Assembly (NCBI GenBank): GCA_024704765.1
Contig: JAKMXF010000255.1
Location: 372,001 to 436,000, forward strand
Origin: Oopsacas minuta
Lineage: Eukaryota; Animalia; Porifera
DNA length: 64,000 nt
Direction of reading: 5' to 3'
Position 1 is the stretch's first letter. Each line of letters begins with the position of its first letter. The notes under the pieces were generated by a model, which saw nothing but the letters and a program-made list of their open reading frames with translations, did not search any database and was not told the DNA's origin. The position numbers were made by a program, and so were the translations under genes. Positions 61,316 through 64,000 of the stretch are shown here, one piece after another.

Positions 61316-63041
61316 ATGGGACATAGTCATTCCCACCAAAAGAGAGGAGCTGATCATCCAAGAAAGAAACCTCAAACTCATGATACACATGGAGGTACTG
61401 TTGATAAATCATTTATGTAATATATAATACCAAAAACGAAAATAAATCAAATAATAAACACTCAGGGGGCGGATCTAAAGGGGAGTTTTGGGATTGTGAC
61501 CCCCTAAAACCCTCCTTTTACAAAATTCCTCGAACCTCACTTGATACTGTGTTATTCATAGTTTTCCAGTTTATAAGCCAATAATATGAATTTTTCATTA
61601 TTTTGTCAGAAAATTGCGGTAAATATCCAATAATTAACTTTTCACTGGATATCATGTCAAATCCCGGTGTAGCAGCTCAAATTAAACCCCCCCCCTACCA
61701 GAGAATACCTTCTGAGCCTAGATCAGTGTTTCTCAACGTCTGACATCGCATTTCACCCTTAGCGACCCCCAGGTTCTTCCATAGCCTCCGGCTCCCTATC
61801 TTTTAATCATCATTATACTCTAATTTTTGTAATAGCAATGATTAATTTTTCAGTTAATCTACCAAACAACAATTGAAAAATTTCGTTTTGGCATTTTGAA
61901 TAGAACTACGTATAACTATCCAAAATATATAATAAATATTGCAGAAAATATGATATTTAATATCAACAAACTGATTCAGTGAATAATGTTACCGAATAAG
62001 TATTATTATTCAGAATACTTCTATGTTTGGATGTGTTTTGATCGATATTATCTGGTTAGATAATATAAATATTTGTCCAAGTTCTGAACCAGGTCAAGTC
62101 GAAATTAATTGACTAGGTGAACCGATTTTGTGTGGTCAGTGACCCAAAATCCTGGTGGTGGATATTCCTTAAACATAATCTTCCCCAATTCCTCCACAAG
62201 GGGGCCAAGTGGACCCCGTTGAGAATCACTGGCCTAGACTAACCTCCTAGGTATAAACCAGCCAGGCCTGATTAACCCCCCTTTCGAGGATATAATCTGG
62301 GCTAGCCCGGTTTATGCCTGGGGGTCGATCTAGGATAGACCAGACTATACCCGGGGTTAAACTGGGTTGGGAGGTTAATCTAGGCTGTTACACTGGGATA
62401 AGCCAGGCATAGTGTACAACAGATTTATCAAAATTATATATTTAGAAAGAATCCATCTTGAAGCTTCCTTCTTAACTGAAAGGATCTCACATTTAAAAGG
62501 GAAATCGATTTCAGAAATTGTGGAATTATTCAAAGAATATTTCATCGAATTTCCTGAAAATGAGTTGGTAATAGAATTGGATAGTTTTGAGAAAAGATTC
62601 GACATATTCATTAAATGGCTTGCAGGTATTGAGAACCCAAAAATTGCAACAGAACCAAGTGAATTCATAAATTGGTCCGAAACTCAAAAGATCAAGGAAA
62701 GCTACATTTGCTCGCCACGAAACAAGGCTGGCATCATTGAAATATTGAATCACCCAGAATATAAAGGAAGGCATATTGGTTTGTTAGGCTCCACTCACTC
62801 ATGGGATAATCTATACGGTAATGATGGGTCAGTACTGCTAAATTTTCTACTTTTCAAAGGTCCAAATGGTAAGGCAATTGAAAAAGTCAATATAGATGAA
62901 GGTATCATAAATATTTCAGCTGGGTGTTCTATCCTACAGAAACATGGCTTATTGGGGATAAGTAAGGATCCTATCCTGTTACCCAATTGTGTTATATTCA
63001 CAGATGGACATTATGCTGGATTCACTGCAACTGGATGTCAT
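61316..63041 (+). CDS. Aldonolactone oxidase-like paralog 2 (5' part only; 3' exon not found within the window)
   Basis: Exon 61316-61394 (MGHSHSHQKR..., phase 1) and exon 62446-63041. The splice positions match paralog 1 (tag|AA; CAT|GTGAGT). Motifs: FINWSETQK, LLGSTHSWDNL, ISAGCSI, FTATGCH. Confidence 0.8.
61724..62231. mobile_element. hAT-like MITE nested among other repeat relics in intron 1 of GULO-like paralog 2
   Basis: TIRs CAGTGTTTCTCAAC / GTTGAGAATCACTG (13/14 match). The 8-bp TSD is GCCTAGAT / GCCTAGAC (7/8 match). Confidence 0.8.
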
Positions 63042-63770
63042 GTGAGTTATTGAAATGTTTATATAAGTTTAGGATTCAATGATTTAGCTGGGCGGTAAAA
63101 TTTGTCATAAACAATGAAATATAAAAAATGTAATAAGTCAGAATCTACATTTCACGAATTATTTAAACACCAACGCGCTTCGCTTACTAGGGCGCTGTGC
63201 GACAGCTTAGGGCCTCAAGTTAGATTAACTATTAAACAGATAAATTTCTTAGTGCTTTTGGTCGCTACGCGACGTGATAAACTCGACACTTCGTACCTTG
63301 GGTTTATAATATTACCAGAAATTTGTATCATCCATGCTCCATCCAAATTACATTCAATGGCCCTCTGTGGTGGCACTGGAGATGCTATGTCGCTTATGGT
63401 TAGTAATCTCAGCACTTCGTGCCTTGGGTATTAAGAAATTCTAAATTTTTGATTTTTTTGTACAGTCATAATGACGTAATAATCCCATGATTAGTTAGCT
63501 TCTGGTCACAACATGTGACATATTGAGGGGTACCTGTGATTCAAATTTCAAACTTCTATCATATATATTGGCTGAGCAGTGATAAATAATGTGATGTTTC
63601 GAAAATCCAAAAAGGACGTCATAATTTCGTCATTGGTGTGAATTTTTGTCCAAGATTCTAACTTGTTCGAGCCAAGCCCAAAATACTCCTGTATGCCAAA
63701 AATCAGCCCTGGGGTCCTTCAGTTTCTTCAATCAATCCTGGACATACAACATATATATATATATACATAT

Positions 63771-63915
63771 CAAGGTTGCAACCGAATAGTTCAATATTCG
63801 GTTACCAACTTAATATCAGTCTTCGGTATTCGGTTGGTCAAACCGAACAATATCAGTATTTGGTTAGGTTGCTATTCATGAATACTGATATTCGGTTTTA
63901 TCGGTTACAACCTTG
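63771..63915. mobile_element. Short MITE
   Basis: TIRs CAAGGTTGCAACCGA / TCGGTTACAACCTTG with internal TATTCGGTT subrepeats, inserted in an AT run. Confidence 0.65.
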
Positions 63916-64000
63916 ATATATAAACACATATATAAATACACAGATTAATTGCGTTTAATAGTATAGATAAATTAACAAACAGAGTACGACATAAATAGTA

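Noticed and set aside
63140-63435. GC-richer stretch with repeated CACTTCGT(A/G)CCTTGGGT as an exon of GULO-like paralog 2
   Set aside because: It does not translate to the expected G...SD.I...T continuation seen in paralog 1 and looks like a transposon relic inside the intron.
1-64000. CRISPR arrays, rRNA, tRNA, operons or intact transposase/RT genes
   Set aside because: None were seen. The window is eukaryotic with spliceosomal introns, and its repeats are MITE-like or microsatellites.

Overview
This is an AT-rich, gene-dense eukaryotic (animal) window with GT-AG introns, several intronless genes and many short MITE-like insertions. The gene set and compact layout suggest an early-branching animal such as a sponge, which is an inference. 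Gene order: ZAR1/RTP-type 3CxxC zinc-finger protein (-); a ~2,850-aa adhesion GPCR (-); NAA25 (-); importin-4 (-); PRAS40/Lobe-like (-); two tandem NMNAT-like genes (-); CCDC178 (+), whose 6.6-kb intron holds four nested genes (a PhyH-family dioxygenase, RNF7/RBX2, an orphan ORF and FKBP8); a coiled-coil+NHL gene (-); LAS1L (-); and two tandem aldonolactone-oxidase (GULO-like) genes (+), the second incomplete in the window. The main result lies in exons the ORF track does not show in frame. They add a Notch-ligand N-terminus (MNNL/C2 + DSL domain) to the adhesion GPCR, giving a Delta-like head on an EGF-FN3-EGF-HormR-GAIN-7TM receptor. Other notable signals: a 195-bp gene-conversion tract over the NMNAT active site; a His-to-Tyr change at the FAD-attachment site in one GULO-like paralog, with both paralogs carrying myristoylation exons; a perfect 157-bp intronic hairpin; and a PRAS40 that lacks the Akt site. 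Family assignments come from manual motif recognition; no database searches were run.
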